Shown: positions 1 through 14,521 of the stretch, piece after piece | How positions within the stretch are numbered: position 1 is the first letter of the stretch | How the letters are laid out: each line of letters begins with the position of its first letter | Source of the DNA: Eledone cirrhosa | Lineage: Eukaryota | Length of the DNA stretch: 64,000 bases | Assembly (NCBI GenBank): GCA_964016885.1 | Contig: OZ024742.1 | Span: forward strand, 331,762,001 to 331,826,000 | Direction of reading: 5' to 3' | The notes under the pieces: model-generated | The model's database searches: none | What the model was told of the DNA's origin: nothing | The model's input: the letters and a program-made list of their open reading frames with translations, nothing else | Position numbers and translations under genes: made by a program

Positions 1-184
1 GCAGAAGAGAGGATTTAGTGGCAGTTGGGGTGAGCACTGGACACTGAATATTGAAGGTTATTTTTGGCAGAAGAGAGGATTTAGTGGCAGTTTGGGTGAA
101 CACTGAACACTGAATATTGAATATTGAAGGTTATTTTTGCAGAAGAGAGGATTTAGTGGCAGTTGGGATTAACACTGAACACTG

Positions 185-3100
185 AACACTGAATATCGAA
201 GGTTATTTTTGCAGAAGAGAGGATTTAGTGGCAGATGGGGTGAACACTGAACACTGAATATTGAAGGTTATTTTTGCAGAAGAGAGGATTTAGTGGCAGT
301 CGGGGTGAACACTGAACACTGAATATTGTATATTGAAGGTTATTTTTGGCTGAAGAGAGGATTTAGTGGCAGTTGGGGTTAACACTGAACACTGAATATT
401 GAAGGTTATTTTTGGCAGAAGAGAGGATTTAGTGGCAGTTTGGGTGAACACTGAACACTGAATATTGAATATTGAAGGTTATTTTTGGCAGAAGAGAGGA
501 TTTAGTGGCAGTTGGGGTGAACACTGAACACTGAATATTGAAGGTTATTTTTGGCAGAAGATAGGATTTAGTGGCAGTTGGGGTGGACACTTAACACTGA
601 ATATTGAAGGTTATTTTTGGCAGAAGAGAGGATATAGTGGCAGTTGGGGTGAACACTGAACACTGAATATTGAATATTGATGGTTATTTTTGGCTGAAGA
701 GAGGATTTAGTGGCAGTTGGGGTTAACACTGAACACTGAATATTGAAGGTTATTTTTGGCAGAAGAGAGGATTTAGTGGCAGTTTGGGTGAACACTGAAC
801 ACTGAATATTGAATATTGAAGGTTATTTTTGGCAGAAGAGAGGATTTAGTGGCAGTTGGGGTGAACACTGAACACTGAATATTGAGGGTTATTTTTGGCT
901 GAAGATAGGTTTTAGTGGCAGTTGGGGTGAACACTGAACACTGAATATTGAAGGTTATTTTTGGCAGAAGAGAGGATATAGTGGCAGTTGGGGTGAACAC
1001 TGAACACTGATCACTGAATATTGAAGGTTATTTTTGGCAGAAGAGAGGATTTAGTGGCAGTTGGGGTGAACACTGAACACTGAATATTGAATATTGAAGG
1101 TTATTTTTGGCAGAAGAGAGGATTTAGTGGCAGTTGGGGTGAACACTGAACACTGAATATTGAATATTGAAGGTTATTTTTGGCAGAAGAGAGGATTTAG
1201 TGGCAGCTGGGGTAAACACTGAACACTGAACACTAAAGGTTATTTTTGGCAGAAGAGAGTATTTAGTGGCAGTTGGGGTGAACACTGAACACTGAATATT
1301 GAATATTGAAGGTTATTTTTGGCAGAAGAGAGGATTTAGTGGCAGTTGGGGTGAACATTGAACACTGAATATTGAAGGTTATTTTTGGCAGAAGAGAGGA
1401 TTTAGTGGCAGTTGGGGTGAACACTGAACACTGAATATTGAAGGTTAATTTTGGCAGAAGAGAGGATTTAGTGGCAGTTGGGGTGAACACTGAACACTGA
1501 ACACTGAATATTGAAGGTTTTTTTGCAGAAGAGAGGGTTTAGTGGCAGTTGGGGTGAACACTGAACACTGAATATTGAAGGTTATTTTTGGCAGAAGAGA
1601 GGATTTAGTGGCAGTTGGGGTGAACACTGAACACTGAATATTGAAGGTTATTTTTGGCAGAAGAGAGGATTTAGTGGCAGTTGGGGTGAACACTGAACAC
1701 TGATCACTGAATATTGAAGGTTATTTTTGGCAGAAGAGAGGATTTAGTGGCAGTTGGGGTGAACACTGAACACTGAATATTGAAGGTTATTTTTGGCAGA
1801 AGAGAGGATTTAGTGGCAGTTGGGGTGAACACTGAACACTGTCTATTGAATATTGAAGGTTATTTTTGGCAGAAGAGAGGATTTAGTGGCAGTTGGGGTG
1901 AACACTGGACACTGAATATTGAAGGTTATTTTTGGCAGAAGAGAGGATTTAGTGGCAGTTTTGGTGAACACTGAACACTGAATATTGAATATTGAAGGTT
2001 ATTTTTGCAGAAGAGAGGATTTAGTGGCAGTTGGGATGAACACTGAACACTGAACACTGAATATTGAAGTTTATTTTTGGCAGAAGAGAGGATTCAGTGG
2101 CAGTTGGGGTGAACACTGCACACTGAACACTGAATATTGAAGGTTATTTTTGGCAGAAGAGAGGATTTAGTGGCAGTTGGGGTGAACACTGAACACTGAA
2201 TATTGAAGGTTATTTTTGGCAGAAGAGAGGATTTAGTGGCAGTTGGGGTGAACACTGAACACTGAATATTGAATATTGAAGGTTATTTTTGGCAGAAGAG
2301 AGGATTTAGTGGCAGTTTGGGTGAGCACTGGACACTGAATATTGAAGGTTATTTTTGGCAGAAGAGAGGATTTAGTGGCAGTTTGGGTGAACACTGAACA
2401 CTGAATATTGAATATTGAAGGTTATTTTTGCAGAAGAGAGGATTTAGTGGCAGTTGGGATTAACACTGAACACTGAACACTGAATATCGAAGGTTATTTT
2501 TGCAGAAGAGAGGATTTAGTGGCAGATGGGGTGAACACTGAACACTGAATATTGAAGGTTATTTTTGCAGAAGAGAGGATTTAGTGGCAGTTGGGGTGAA
2601 CACTGAACACTGAATATTGAATATTGAAGGTTATTTTTGGCTGAAGAGAGGATTTAGTGGCAGTTGGGGTTAACACTGAACACTGAATATTGAAGGTTAT
2701 TTTTGGCAGAAGAGAGGATTTAGTGGCAGTTTGGGTGAACACTGAACACTGAATATTGAATATTGAAGGTTATTTTTGGCAGAAGAGAGGATTTAGTGGC
2801 AGTTGGGGTGAACACTGAACACTGAATATTGAAGGTTATTTTTGGCAGAAGATAGGATTTAGTGGCAGTTGGGGTGGACACTTAACACTGAATATTGAAG
2901 GTTATTTTTGGCAGAAGAGAGGATATAGTGGCAGTTGGGGTGAACACTGAACACTGAATATTGAATATTGAAGGTTATTTTTGGCAGAAGAGAGGATTTA
3001 GTGGCAGTTGGGGTGAACACTGAACACTGAATATTGAAGGTTATTTTTGGCAGAAGATAGGATTTAGTGGCAGTTGGGGTGGACACTTAACACTGAATAT

Positions 3101-6100
3101 TGAAGGTTATTTTTGGCTGAAGAGAGGATTTAGTGGCAGTTGGGGTTAACACTGAACACTGAATATTGAAGGTTATTTTTGGCAGAAGAGAGGATTTAGT
3201 GGCAGTTTGGGTGAACACTGAACACTGAATATTGAATATTGAAGGTTATTTTTGGCAGAAGAGAGGATTTAGTGGCAGTTGGGGTGAACACTGAACACTG
3301 AATATTGAGGGTTATTTTTGGCAGAAGATAGGTTTTAGTGGCAGTTGGGGTGAACACTGAACACTGAATATTGAAGGTTATTTTTGGCAGAAGAGAGGAT
3401 ATAGTGGCAGTTGGGGTGAACACTGAACACTGATCACTGAATATTGAAGGTTATTTTTGGCAGAAGAGAGGATTTAGTGGCAGTTGGGGTGAACACTGAA
3501 CACTGAATATTGAATATTGAAGGTTATTTTTGGCAGAAGAGAGGATTTAGTGGCAGTTGGGGAGAACACTGAACACTGAATATTGAAGGTTAATTTTGGC
3601 AGAAGAGAGGATTTAGTGGCAGTTTGGGTGAACACTGAACACTGAATATTGAAGGTTCTTTTTGCAGAAGAGAGGGTTTAGTGGCAGTTGGGGTGAACAC
3701 TGAACACTGAATATTGAAGGTTATTTTTGGCAGAAGAGAGGATTTAGTGGCAGTTGGGGTGAACACTGAACACTGAATATTGAAGGTTATTTTTGGCAGA
3801 AGAGAGGATTTAGTGGCAGTTGGGGTGAACACTGAACACTGAATATTGAAGGTTATTTTTGGCAGAAGAGAGGATTTAGTGGCAGTTGGGGTGAAGACTG
3901 AACACTGAATATTGAATATTGAAGGTTATTTCTGGCAGAAGAGAGGATTTAGTGGCAGTTGGGGTGAACACTGGACACTGAATATTGAAGGTTATTTTTG
4001 GCAGAAGAGAGGATATAGTGACAGTTGGGGTGCACACTGAACACTGATCACTGAATATTGAAGGTTATTTTTGGCAGAAGAGAGGATTTAGTGGCAGTTG
4101 GGGTGAACACTGAACACTGAATATTGAATATTGAAGGTTATTTTTGCAGAAGAGAGGGTTTAGTGGCAGTTGGGGTGAACACTGAACACTGAATATTGAA
4201 GGTTATTTTTGGCAGAAGAGAGGATTTAGTGGCAGTTGGGGTGAACACTGAACACTGAATATTGAAGGTTATTTTTGGCAGAAGAGAGGATTTAGTGGCA
4301 GTTGGGGTGAACACTGAACACTGAATATTGAAGGTTATTTTTGGCAGAAGAGAGGATTTAGGGGCAGTTGGGGTGAAGACTGAACACTGAATATTGAATA
4401 TTGAAGGTTATTTCTGGCAGAAGAGAGGATTTAGTGGCAGTTGGGGTGAACACTGGACACTGAATATTGAAGGTTATTTTTGGCAGAAGAGAGGATTTAG
4501 TGGCAGTTTTGGTGAACACTGAACACTGAATATTGAATATTGAAGGTTATTTTTGCAGAAGAGAGGATTTAGTGGCAGTTGGGATGGACACTGAACACTG
4601 AACACTGAATATTGAAGTTTATTTTTGGCAGAAGAGAGGATTCAGTGGCAGTTGGGGTGAACACTGCACACTGAACACTGAATATCGAAGGTTATTTTTG
4701 CAGAAGAGAGGATTTAGTGGCAGATGGGGTGAACACTGAACACTGAATATTGAAGGTTATTTTTGCAGAAGAGAGGATTTAGTGGCAGTCGGGGTGAACA
4801 CTGAACACTGAATATTGAATATTGAAGGTTATTTTTGGCTGAAGAGAGGATTTAGTCGCAGTTGGGGTTAACACTGAACACTGAATATTGAAGGTTATTT
4901 TTGGCAGAAGAGAGGATTTAGTGGCAGTTTGGGTGAACACTGAACACTGAATATTGAATATTGAAGGTTATTTTTGGCAGAAGAGAGGATTTAGTGGCAG
5001 TTGGGGTGAACACTGAACACTGAATATTGAAGGTTATTTTTGGCAGAAGATAGGATTTAGTGGCAGTTGGGGTGGACACTTAACACTGAATATTGAAGGT
5101 TATTTTTGGCAGAAGACAGGATATAGTGGCAGTTGGGGTGAACACTGAACACTGAATATTGAATATTGATGGTTATTTTTGGCTGAAGAGAGGATTTAGT
5201 GGCAGTTGGGGTTAACACTGAACACTGAATATTGAAGGTTATTTTTGGCAGAAGAGAGGATTTAGTGGCAGTTTGGGTGAACACTGAACACTGAATATTG
5301 AATATTGAAGGTTATTTTTGGCAGAAGAGAGGATTTAGTGGCAGTTGGGGTGAACACTGAACACTGAATATTGAGGGTTATTTTTGGCAGAAGATAGGTT
5401 TTAGTGGCAGTTGGGGTGAACACTGAACACTGAATATTGAAGGTTATTTTTGGCAGAAGAGAGGATATAGTGGCAGTTGGGGTGAACACTGAACACTGAT
5501 CACTGAATATTGAAGGTTATTTTTGGCAGAAGAGAGGATTTAGTGGCAGTTGGGGTGAACACTGAACACTGAATATTGAATATTGAAGGTTATTTTTGGC
5601 AGAAGAGAGGATTTAGTGGCAGTTGGGGTGAACACTGAACACTGAATATTGAATATTGAAGGTTATTTTTGGCAGAAGAGAGGATTTAGTGGCAGCTGGG
5701 GTAAACACTGAACACTGAACACTAAAGGTTATTTTTGGCAGAAGAGAGTATTTAGTGGCAGTTGGGGTGAACACTGAACACTGAATATTGAATATTGAAG
5801 GTTATTTTTGGCAGAAGAGAGGATTTAGTGGCAGTTGGGGTGAACATTGAACACTGAATATTGAAGGTTATTTTTGGCAGAAGAGAGGATTTAGTGGCAG
5901 TTGGGGTGAACACTGAACACTGAATATTGAAGGTTAATTTTGGCAGAAGAGAGGATTTAGTGGCAGTTGGGGTGAACACTGAACACTGAACACTGAATAT
6001 TGAAGGTTTTTTTGCAGAAGAGAGGGTTTAGTGGCAGTTGGGGTGAACACTGAACACTGAATATTGAAGGTTATTTTTGGCAGAAGAGAGGATTTAGTGG

Positions 6101-7474
6101 CAGTTGGGGTGAACACTGAACACTGAATATTGAAGGTTATTTTTGGCAGAAGAGAGGATTTAGTGGCAGTTGGGGTGAACACTGAACACTGATCACTGAA
6201 TATTGAAGGTTATTTTTGGCAGAAGAGAGGATTTAGTGGCAGTTGGGGTGAACACTGAACACTGAATATTGAAGGTTATTTTTGGCAGAAGAGAGGATTT
6301 AGTGGCAGTTGGGGTGAACACTGAACACTGTCTATTGAATATTGAAGGTTATTTTTGGCAGAAGAGAGGATTTAGTGGCAGTTGGGGTGAACACTGGACA
6401 CTGAATATTGAAGGTTATTTTTGGCAGAAGAGAGTATTTAGTGGCAGTTTTGGTGAACACTGAACACTGAATATTGAATATTGAAGGTTATTTTTGCAGA
6501 AGAGAGGATTTAGTGGCAGTTGGGATGAACACTGAAAACTGAACAATGAATATTGAAGTTTATTTTTGGCAGAAGAGAGGATTCAGTGGCAGTTGGGGTG
6601 AACACTGCACACTGAACACTGAATATTGAAGGTTATTTTTGGCAGAAGAGAGGATCTAGTGGCAGTTGGGGTGAACACTGAACACTGAATATTGAAGGTT
6701 ATTTTTGGCAGAAGAGAGGATTTAGTGGCAGTTGGGGTGAACACTGAACACTGAATATTGAATATTGAAGGTTATTTTTGGCAGAAGAGAGGATTTAGTG
6801 GCAGTTTGGTTGAGCACTGGACACTGAATATTGAAGGTTATTTTTGGCAGAAGAGAGGATTTAGTGGCAGTTTGGGTGAACACTGAACACTGAATATTGA
6901 ATATTGAAGGTTATTTTTGCAGAAGAGAGGATTTAGTGGCAGTTGGGATTAACACTGAACACTGAACACTGAATATCGAAGGTTATTTTTGCAGAAGAGA
7001 GGATTTAGTGGCAGATGGGGTGAACACTGAACACTGAATATTGAAGGTTATTTTTGCAGAAGAGAGGATTTAGTGGCAGTTGGGGTGAACACTGAACACT
7101 GAATATTGAATATTGAAGGTTATTTTTGGCTGAAGAGAGGATTTAGTGGCAGTTGGGGTTAACACTGAACACTGAATATTGAAGGTTATTTTTGGCAGAA
7201 GAGAGGATTTAGTGGCAGTTTGGGTGAACACTGAACACTGAATATTGAATATTGAAGGTTATTTTTGGCAGAAGAGAGGATTTAGTGGCAGTTGGGGTGA
7301 ACACTGAACACTGAATATTGAAGGTTATTTTTGGCAGAAGATAGGATTTAGTGGCAGTTGGGGTGGACACTTAACACTGAATATTGAAGGTTATTTTTGG
7401 CAGAAGAGAGGATATAGTGGCAGTTGGGGTGAACACTGAACACTGAATATTGAATATTGAAGGTTATTTTTGGC
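185..7474 (+). repeat. Block duplication inside the satellite, offset 4489 bp (copy A ~185-2985, copy B ~4674-7474)
   Basis: Rare variants are shared at a constant offset: GCAGTCGGGG (C at 301 and 4790) and TGATGG (T at 681 and 5170). ORF-track pairs 568/5057, 1263/5752 and 1780/6269 all differ by 4489. Confidence 0.85.
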
Positions 7475-10400
7475 TGAAGAGAGGATTTAGTGGCAGTTGG
7501 GGTTAACACTGAACACTGAATATTGAAGGTTATTTTTGGCAGAAGAGAGGATTTAGTGGCAGTTTGGGTGAACACTGAACACTGAATATTGAATATTGAA
7601 GGTTATTTTTGGCAGAAGAGAGGATTTAGTGGCAGTTGGGGTGAACACTGAACACTGAATATTGAGGGTTATTTTTGGCAGAAGATAGGTTTTAGTGGCA
7701 GTTGGGGTGAACACTGAACACTGAATATTGAAGGTTATTTTTGGCAGAAGAGAGGATATAGTGGCAGTTGGGGTGAACACTGAACACTGATCACTGAATA
7801 TTGAAGGTTATTTTTGGCAGAAGAGAGGATTTAGTGGCAGTTGGGGTGAACACTGAACACTGAATATTGAATATTGAAGGTTATTTTTGGCAGAAGAGAG
7901 GATTTAGTGGCAGTTGGGGAGAACACTGAACACTGAATATTGAAGGTTAATTTTGGCAGAAGAGAGGATTTAGTGGCAGTTTGGGTGAACACTGAACACT
8001 GAACACTGAATATTGAAGGTTCTTTTTGCAGAAGAGAGGGTTTAGTGGCAGTTGGGGTGAACACTGAACACTGAATATTGAAGGTTATTTTTGGCAGAAG
8101 AGAGGATTTAGTGGCAGTTGGGGTGAACACTGAACACTGAATATTGAAGGTTATTTTTGGCAGAAGAGAGGATTTAGTGGCAGTTGGGGTGAACACTGAA
8201 CACTGAATATTGAAGGTTATTTTTGGCAGAAGAGAGGATTTAGTGGCAGTTGGGGTGAAGACTGAACACTGAATATTGAATATTGAAGGTTATTTCTGGC
8301 AGAAGAGAGGATTTAGTGGCAGTTGGGGTGAACACTGGACACTGAATATTGAAGGTTATTTTTGGCAGAAGAGAGGATATAGTGACAGTTGGGGTGCACA
8401 CTGAACACTGATCACTGAATATTGAAGGTTATTTTTGGCAGAAGAGAGGATTTAGTGGCAGTTGGGGTGAACACTGAACACTGAATATTGAATATTGAAG
8501 GTTATTTTTGCAGAAGAGAGGGTTTAGTGGCAGTTGGGGTGAACACTGAACACTGAATATTGAAGGTTATTTTTGGCAGAAGAGAGGATTTAGTGGCAGT
8601 TGGGGTGAACACTGAACACTGAATATTGAAGGTTATTTTTGGCAGAAGAGAGGATTTAGTGGCAGTTGGGGTGAACACTGAACACTGAATATTGAAGGTT
8701 ATTTTTGGCAGAAGAGAGGATTTAGTGGCAGTTGGGGTGAAGACTGAACACTGAATATTGAATATTGAAGGTTATTTCTGGCAGAAGAGAGGATTTAGTG
8801 GCAGTTGGGGTGAACACTGGACACTGAATATTGAAGGTTATTTTTGGCAGAAGAGAGGATATAGTGACAGTTGGGGTGCACACTGAACACTGATCACTGA
8901 ATATTGAAGGTTATCTTTGGCAGAAGAGAGGATTTAGTGGCAGTTGGGGTGAACACTGAACACTGAATATTGAATATTGAAGGTTATTTTTGGCAGAAGA
9001 GAGGATTTAGTGGCAGTTGGGGAGAACACTGAACACTGTCTATTGAATATTGAAGGTTATTTTTGGCAGAAGAGAGGATTTAGTGGCAGTTGGGGTGAAC
9101 ACTGAACACTGAATATTGAAGGTTATTTTTGGCAGAAGAGAGGATTTAGTGGCAGTTGGGGTGAACACTGAACACTGAATATTGAAGGTTAATTTTGGCA
9201 GAAGAGAGGATTTAGTGGCAGTTTGGGTGAACACTGAACACTGAACACTGAATATTGAAGGTTTTTTTGCAGAAGAGAGGGTTTAGTGGCAGTTGGGGTG
9301 AACACTGAACACTGAATATTGAAGGTTATTTTTGGCAGAAGAGAGGATTTAGTGGCAGTTGGGGTGAACACTGAACACTGAATATTGAAGGTTATTTTTG
9401 GCAGAAGAGAGGATTTAGTGGCAGTTTGGGTGAACACTGAACACTGAATATTGAATATTGAAGGTTATTTTTGCAGAAGAGAGGATTTAGTGGCAGTTGG
9501 GATGAACACTGAACACTGAACACTGAATATTGAAGTTTATTTTTGGCAGAAGAGAGGATTCAGTGGCAGTTGGGGTGAACACTGCACACTGAACACTGAA
9601 TATTGAAGGTTATTTTTGGCAGAAGAGAGGATTTAGTGGCAGTTGGGGTGAACACTGAACACTGAATATTGAAGGTTATTTTTGGCAGAAGAGAGGATTT
9701 AGTGGCAGTTGGGGTGAACACTGAACACTGAATATTGAATATTGAAGGTTATTTTTGGCAGAAGAGAGGATTTAGTGGCAGTTGGGGTGAGCACTGGACA
9801 CTGAATATTGAAGGTTATTTTTGGCAGAAGAGAGGATTTAGTGGCAGTTTGGGTGAACACTGAACACTGAATATTGAATATTGAAGGTTATTTTTGCAGA
9901 AGAGAGGATTTAGTGGCAGTTGGGATTAACACTGAACACTGAACACTGAATATCGAAGGTTATTTTTGCAGAAGAGAGGATTTAGTGGCAGATGGGGTGA
10001 ACACTGAACACTGAATATTGAAGGTTATTTTTGCAGAAGAGAGGATTTAGTGGCAGTTGGGGTGAACACTGAACACTGAATATTGAATATTGAAGGTTAT
10101 TTTTGGCAGAAGAGAGGATTTAGTGGCAGTTGGGGTGAACACTGAACACTGAATATTGAAGGTTATTTTTGGCAGAAGATAGGATTTAGTGGCAGTTGGG
10201 GTGGACACTTAACACTGAATATTGAAGGTTATTTTTGCAGAAGAGAGGATATAGTGGCAGTTGGGGTGAACACTGAACACTGAATATTGAATATTGAAGG
10301 TTATTTTTGGCAGAAGAGAGGATTTAGTGGCAGTTGGGGTGAACACTGAACACTGAATATTGAAGGTTATTTTTGGCAGAAGAGAGGATTTAGTGGCAGT

Positions 10401-13400
10401 TGGGGTGAACACTGAACACTGATCACTGAATATTGAAGGTTATTTTTGGCAGAAGAGAGGATTTAGTGGCAGTTGGGGTGAACACTGAACACTGAATATT
10501 GAAGGTTATTTTTGGCAGAAGAGAGGATTTAGTGGCAGTTGGGGTGAACACTGAACACTGTCTATTGAATATTGAAGGTTATTTTTGGCAGAAGAGAGGA
10601 TTTAGTGGCAGTTGGGGTGAACACTGGACACTGAATATTGAAGGTTATTTTTGGCAGAAGAGAGGATTTAGTGGCAGTTTTGGTGAACACTGAACACTGA
10701 ATATTGAATATCGAAGGTTATTTTTGCAGAAGAGAGGATTTAGTGGCAGTTGGGGTGAACACTGAACACTGAATATTGAATATTGAAGGTTATCTTTGCA
10801 GAAGAGAGGATTTAGTGGCAGTTGGGGTGAACACTGATCACTGAATATTGAATATTGAAGGTTATTTTTGCAGAAGAGAGGATTTAGTGGCAGTTGGGGT
10901 TAACACTGAACACTGAATATTGAAGGTTATTTTTGGCAGAAGAGAGGATTTAGTGGCAGTTTGGGTGAACACTGAACACTGAATATTGAATATTGAAGGT
11001 TATTTTTGGCAGAAGAGAGGATTTAGTGGCAGTTGGGGTGAACACTGAACACTGAATATTGAAGGTTATTTTTGGCAGAAGATAGGATTTAGTGGCAGTT
11101 GGGGTGGACACTTAACACTGAATATTGAAGGTTATTTTTGGCAGAAGAGAGGATATAGTGGCAGTTGGGGTGAACACTGAACACTGAATATTGAATATTG
11201 AAGGTTATTTTTGGCTGAAGAGAGGATTTAGTGGCAGTTGGGGTTAACACTGAACACTGAATATTGAAGGTTATTTTTGGCAGAAGAGAGGATTTAGTGG
11301 CAGTTTGGGTGAACACTGAACACTGAATATTGAATATTGAAGGTTATTTTTGGCAGAAGAGAGGATTTAGTGGCAGTTGGGGTGAACACTGAACACTGAA
11401 TATTGAGGGTTATTTTTGGCAGAAGATAGGTTTTAGTGGCAGTTGGGGTGAACACTGAACACTGAATATTGAAGGTTATTTTTGGCAGAAGAGAGGATAT
11501 AGTGGCAGTTGGGGTGAACACTGAACACTGATCACTGAATATTGAAGGTTATTTTTGGCAGAAGAGAGGATTTAGTGGCAGTTGGGGTGAACACTGAACA
11601 CTGAATATTGAATATTGAAGGTTATTTTTGGCAGAAGAGAGGATTTAGTGGCAGTTGGGGAGAACACTGAACACTGAATATTGAAGGTTAATTTTGGCAG
11701 AAGAGAGGATTTAGTGGCAGTTTGGGTGAACACTGAACACTGAACACTGAATATTGAAGGTTCTTTTTGCAGAAGAGAGGGTTTAGTGGCAGTTGGGGTG
11801 AACACTGAACACTGAATATTGAAGGTTATTTTTGGCAGAAGAGAGGATTTAGTGGCAGTTGGGGTGAACACTGAACACTGAATATTGAAGGTTATTTTTG
11901 GCAGAAGAGAGGATTTAGTGGCAGTTGGGGTGAACACTGAACACTGAATATTGAAGGTTATTTTTGGCAGAAGAGAGGATTTAGTGGCAGTTGGGGTGAA
12001 GACTGAACACTGAATATTGAATATTGAAGGTTATTTCTGGCAGAAGAGAGGATTTAGTGGCAGTTGGGGTGAACACTGGACACTGAATATTGAAGGTTAT
12101 TTTTGGCAGAAGAGAGGATATAGTGACAGTTGGGGTGCACACTGAACACTGATCACTGAATATTGAAGGTTATTTTTGGCAGAAGAGAGGATTTAGTGGC
12201 AGTTGGGGTGAACACTGAACACTGAATATTGAATATTGAAGGTTATTTTTGCAGAAGAGAGGGTTTAGTGGCAGTTGGGGTGAACACTGAACACTGAATA
12301 TTGAAGGTTATTTTTGGCAGAAGAGAGGATTTAGTGGCAGTTGGGGTGAACACTGAACACTGAATATTGAAGGTTATTTTTGGCAGAAGAGAGGATTTAG
12401 TGGCAGTTGGGGTGAACACTGAACACTGAATATTGAAGGTTATTTTTGGCAGAAGAGAGGATTTAGTGGCAGTTGGGGTGAAGACTGAACACTGAATATT
12501 GAATATTGAAGGTTATTTCTGGCAGAAGAGAGGATTTAGTGGCAGTTGGGGTGAACACTGGACACTGAATATTGAAGGTTATTTTTGGCAGAAGAGAGGA
12601 TATAGTGACAGTTGGGGTGCACACTGAACACTGATCACTGAATATTGAAGGTTATCTTTGGCAGAAGAGAGGATTTAGTGGCAGTTGGGGTGAACACTGA
12701 ACACTGAATATTGAATATTGAAGGTTATTTTTGGCAGAAGAGAGGATTTAGTGGCAGTTGGGGAGAACACTGAACACTGTCTATTGAATATTGAAGGTTA
12801 TTTTTGGCAGAAGAGAGGATTTAGTGGCAGTTGGGGTGAACACTGAACACTGAATATTGAAGGTTATTTTTGGCAGAAGAGAGGATTTAGTGGCAGTTGG
12901 GGTGAACACTGAACACTGAATATTGAAGGTTAATTTTGGCAGAAGAGAGGATTTAGTGGCAGTTTGGGTGAACACTGAACACTGAACACTGAATATTGAA
13001 GGTTTTTTTGCAGAAGAGAGGGTTTAGTGGCAGTTGGGGTGAACACTGAACACTGAATATTGAAGGTTATTTTTGGCAGAAGAGAGGATTTAGTGGCAGT
13101 TGGGGTGAACACTGAACACTGAATATTGAAGGTTATTTTTGGCAGAAGAGAGGATTTAGTGGCAGTTTGGGTGAACACTGAACACTGAATATTGAATATT
13201 GAAGGTTATTTTTGCAGAAGAGAGGATTTAGTGGCAGTTGGGATGAACACTGAACACTGAACACTGAATATTGAAGTTTATTTTTGGCAGAAGAGAGGAT
13301 TCAGTGGCAGTTGGGGTGAACACTGCACACTGAACACTGAATATTGAAGGTTATTTTTGGCAGAAGAGAGGATTTAGTGGCAGTTGGGGTGAACACTGAA

Positions 13401-14521
13401 CACTGAATATTGAAGGTTATTTTTGGCAGAAGAGAGGATTTAGTGGCAGTTGGGGTGAACACTGAACACTGAATATTGAATATTGAAGGTTATTTTTGGC
13501 AGAAGAGAGGATTTAGTGGCAGTTGGGGTGAGCACTGGACACTGAATATTGAAGGTTATTTTTGGCAGAAGAGAGGATTTAGTGGCAGTTTGGGTGAACA
13601 CTGAACACTGAATATTGAATATTGAAGGTTATTTTTGCAGAAGAGAGGATTTAGTGGCAGTTGGGATTAACACTGAACACTGAACACTGAATATCGAAGG
13701 TTATTTTTGCAGAAGAGAGGATTTAGTGGCAGATGGGGTGAACACTGAACACTGAATATTGAAGGTTATTTTTGCAGAAGAGAGGATTTAGTGGCAGTTG
13801 GGGTGAACACTGAACACTGAATATTGAATATTGAAGGTTATTTTTGGCAGAAGAGAGGATTTAGTGGCAGTTGGGGTGAACACTGAACACTGAATATTGA
13901 AGGTTATTTTTGGCAGAAGATAGGATTTAGTGGCAGTTGGGGTGGACACTTAACACTGAATATTGAAGGTTATTTTTGCAGAAGAGAGGATATAGTGGCA
14001 GTTGGGGTGAACACTGAACACTGAATATTGAATATTGAAGGTTATTTTTGGCAGAAGAGAGGATTTAGTGGCAGTTGGGGTGAACACTGAACACTGAATA
14101 TTGAAGGTTATTTTTGGCAGAAGAGAGGATTTAGTGGCAGTTGGGGTGAACACTGAACACTGATCACTGAATATTGAAGGTTATTTTTGGCAGAAGAGAG
14201 GATTTAGTGGCAGTTGGGGTGAACACTGAACACTGAATATTGAAGGTTATTTTTGGCAGAAGAGAGGATTTAGTGGCAGTTGGGGTGAACACTGAACACT
14301 GTCTATTGAATATTGAAGGTTATTTTTGGCAGAAGAGAGGATTTAGTGGCAGTTGGGGTGAACACTGGACACTGAATATTGAAGGTTATTTTTGGCAGAA
14401 GAGAGGATTTAGTGGCAGTTTTGGTGAACACTGAACACTGAATATTGAATATCGAAGGTTATTTTTGCAGAAGAGAGGATTTAGTGGCAGTTGGGGTGAA
14501 CACTGAACACTGAATATTGAA
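7132..14521 (+). repeat. Near-tandem block duplication, offset 3741 bp (~7132-10780 / ~10873-14521)
   Basis: Identical ORF-track pairs 7348/11089, 7831/11572, 9040/12781, 10209/13950 and 10499/14240 are all offset by 3741. The TATCGAA variant C lies at 10712 and 14453. Confidence 0.9.
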
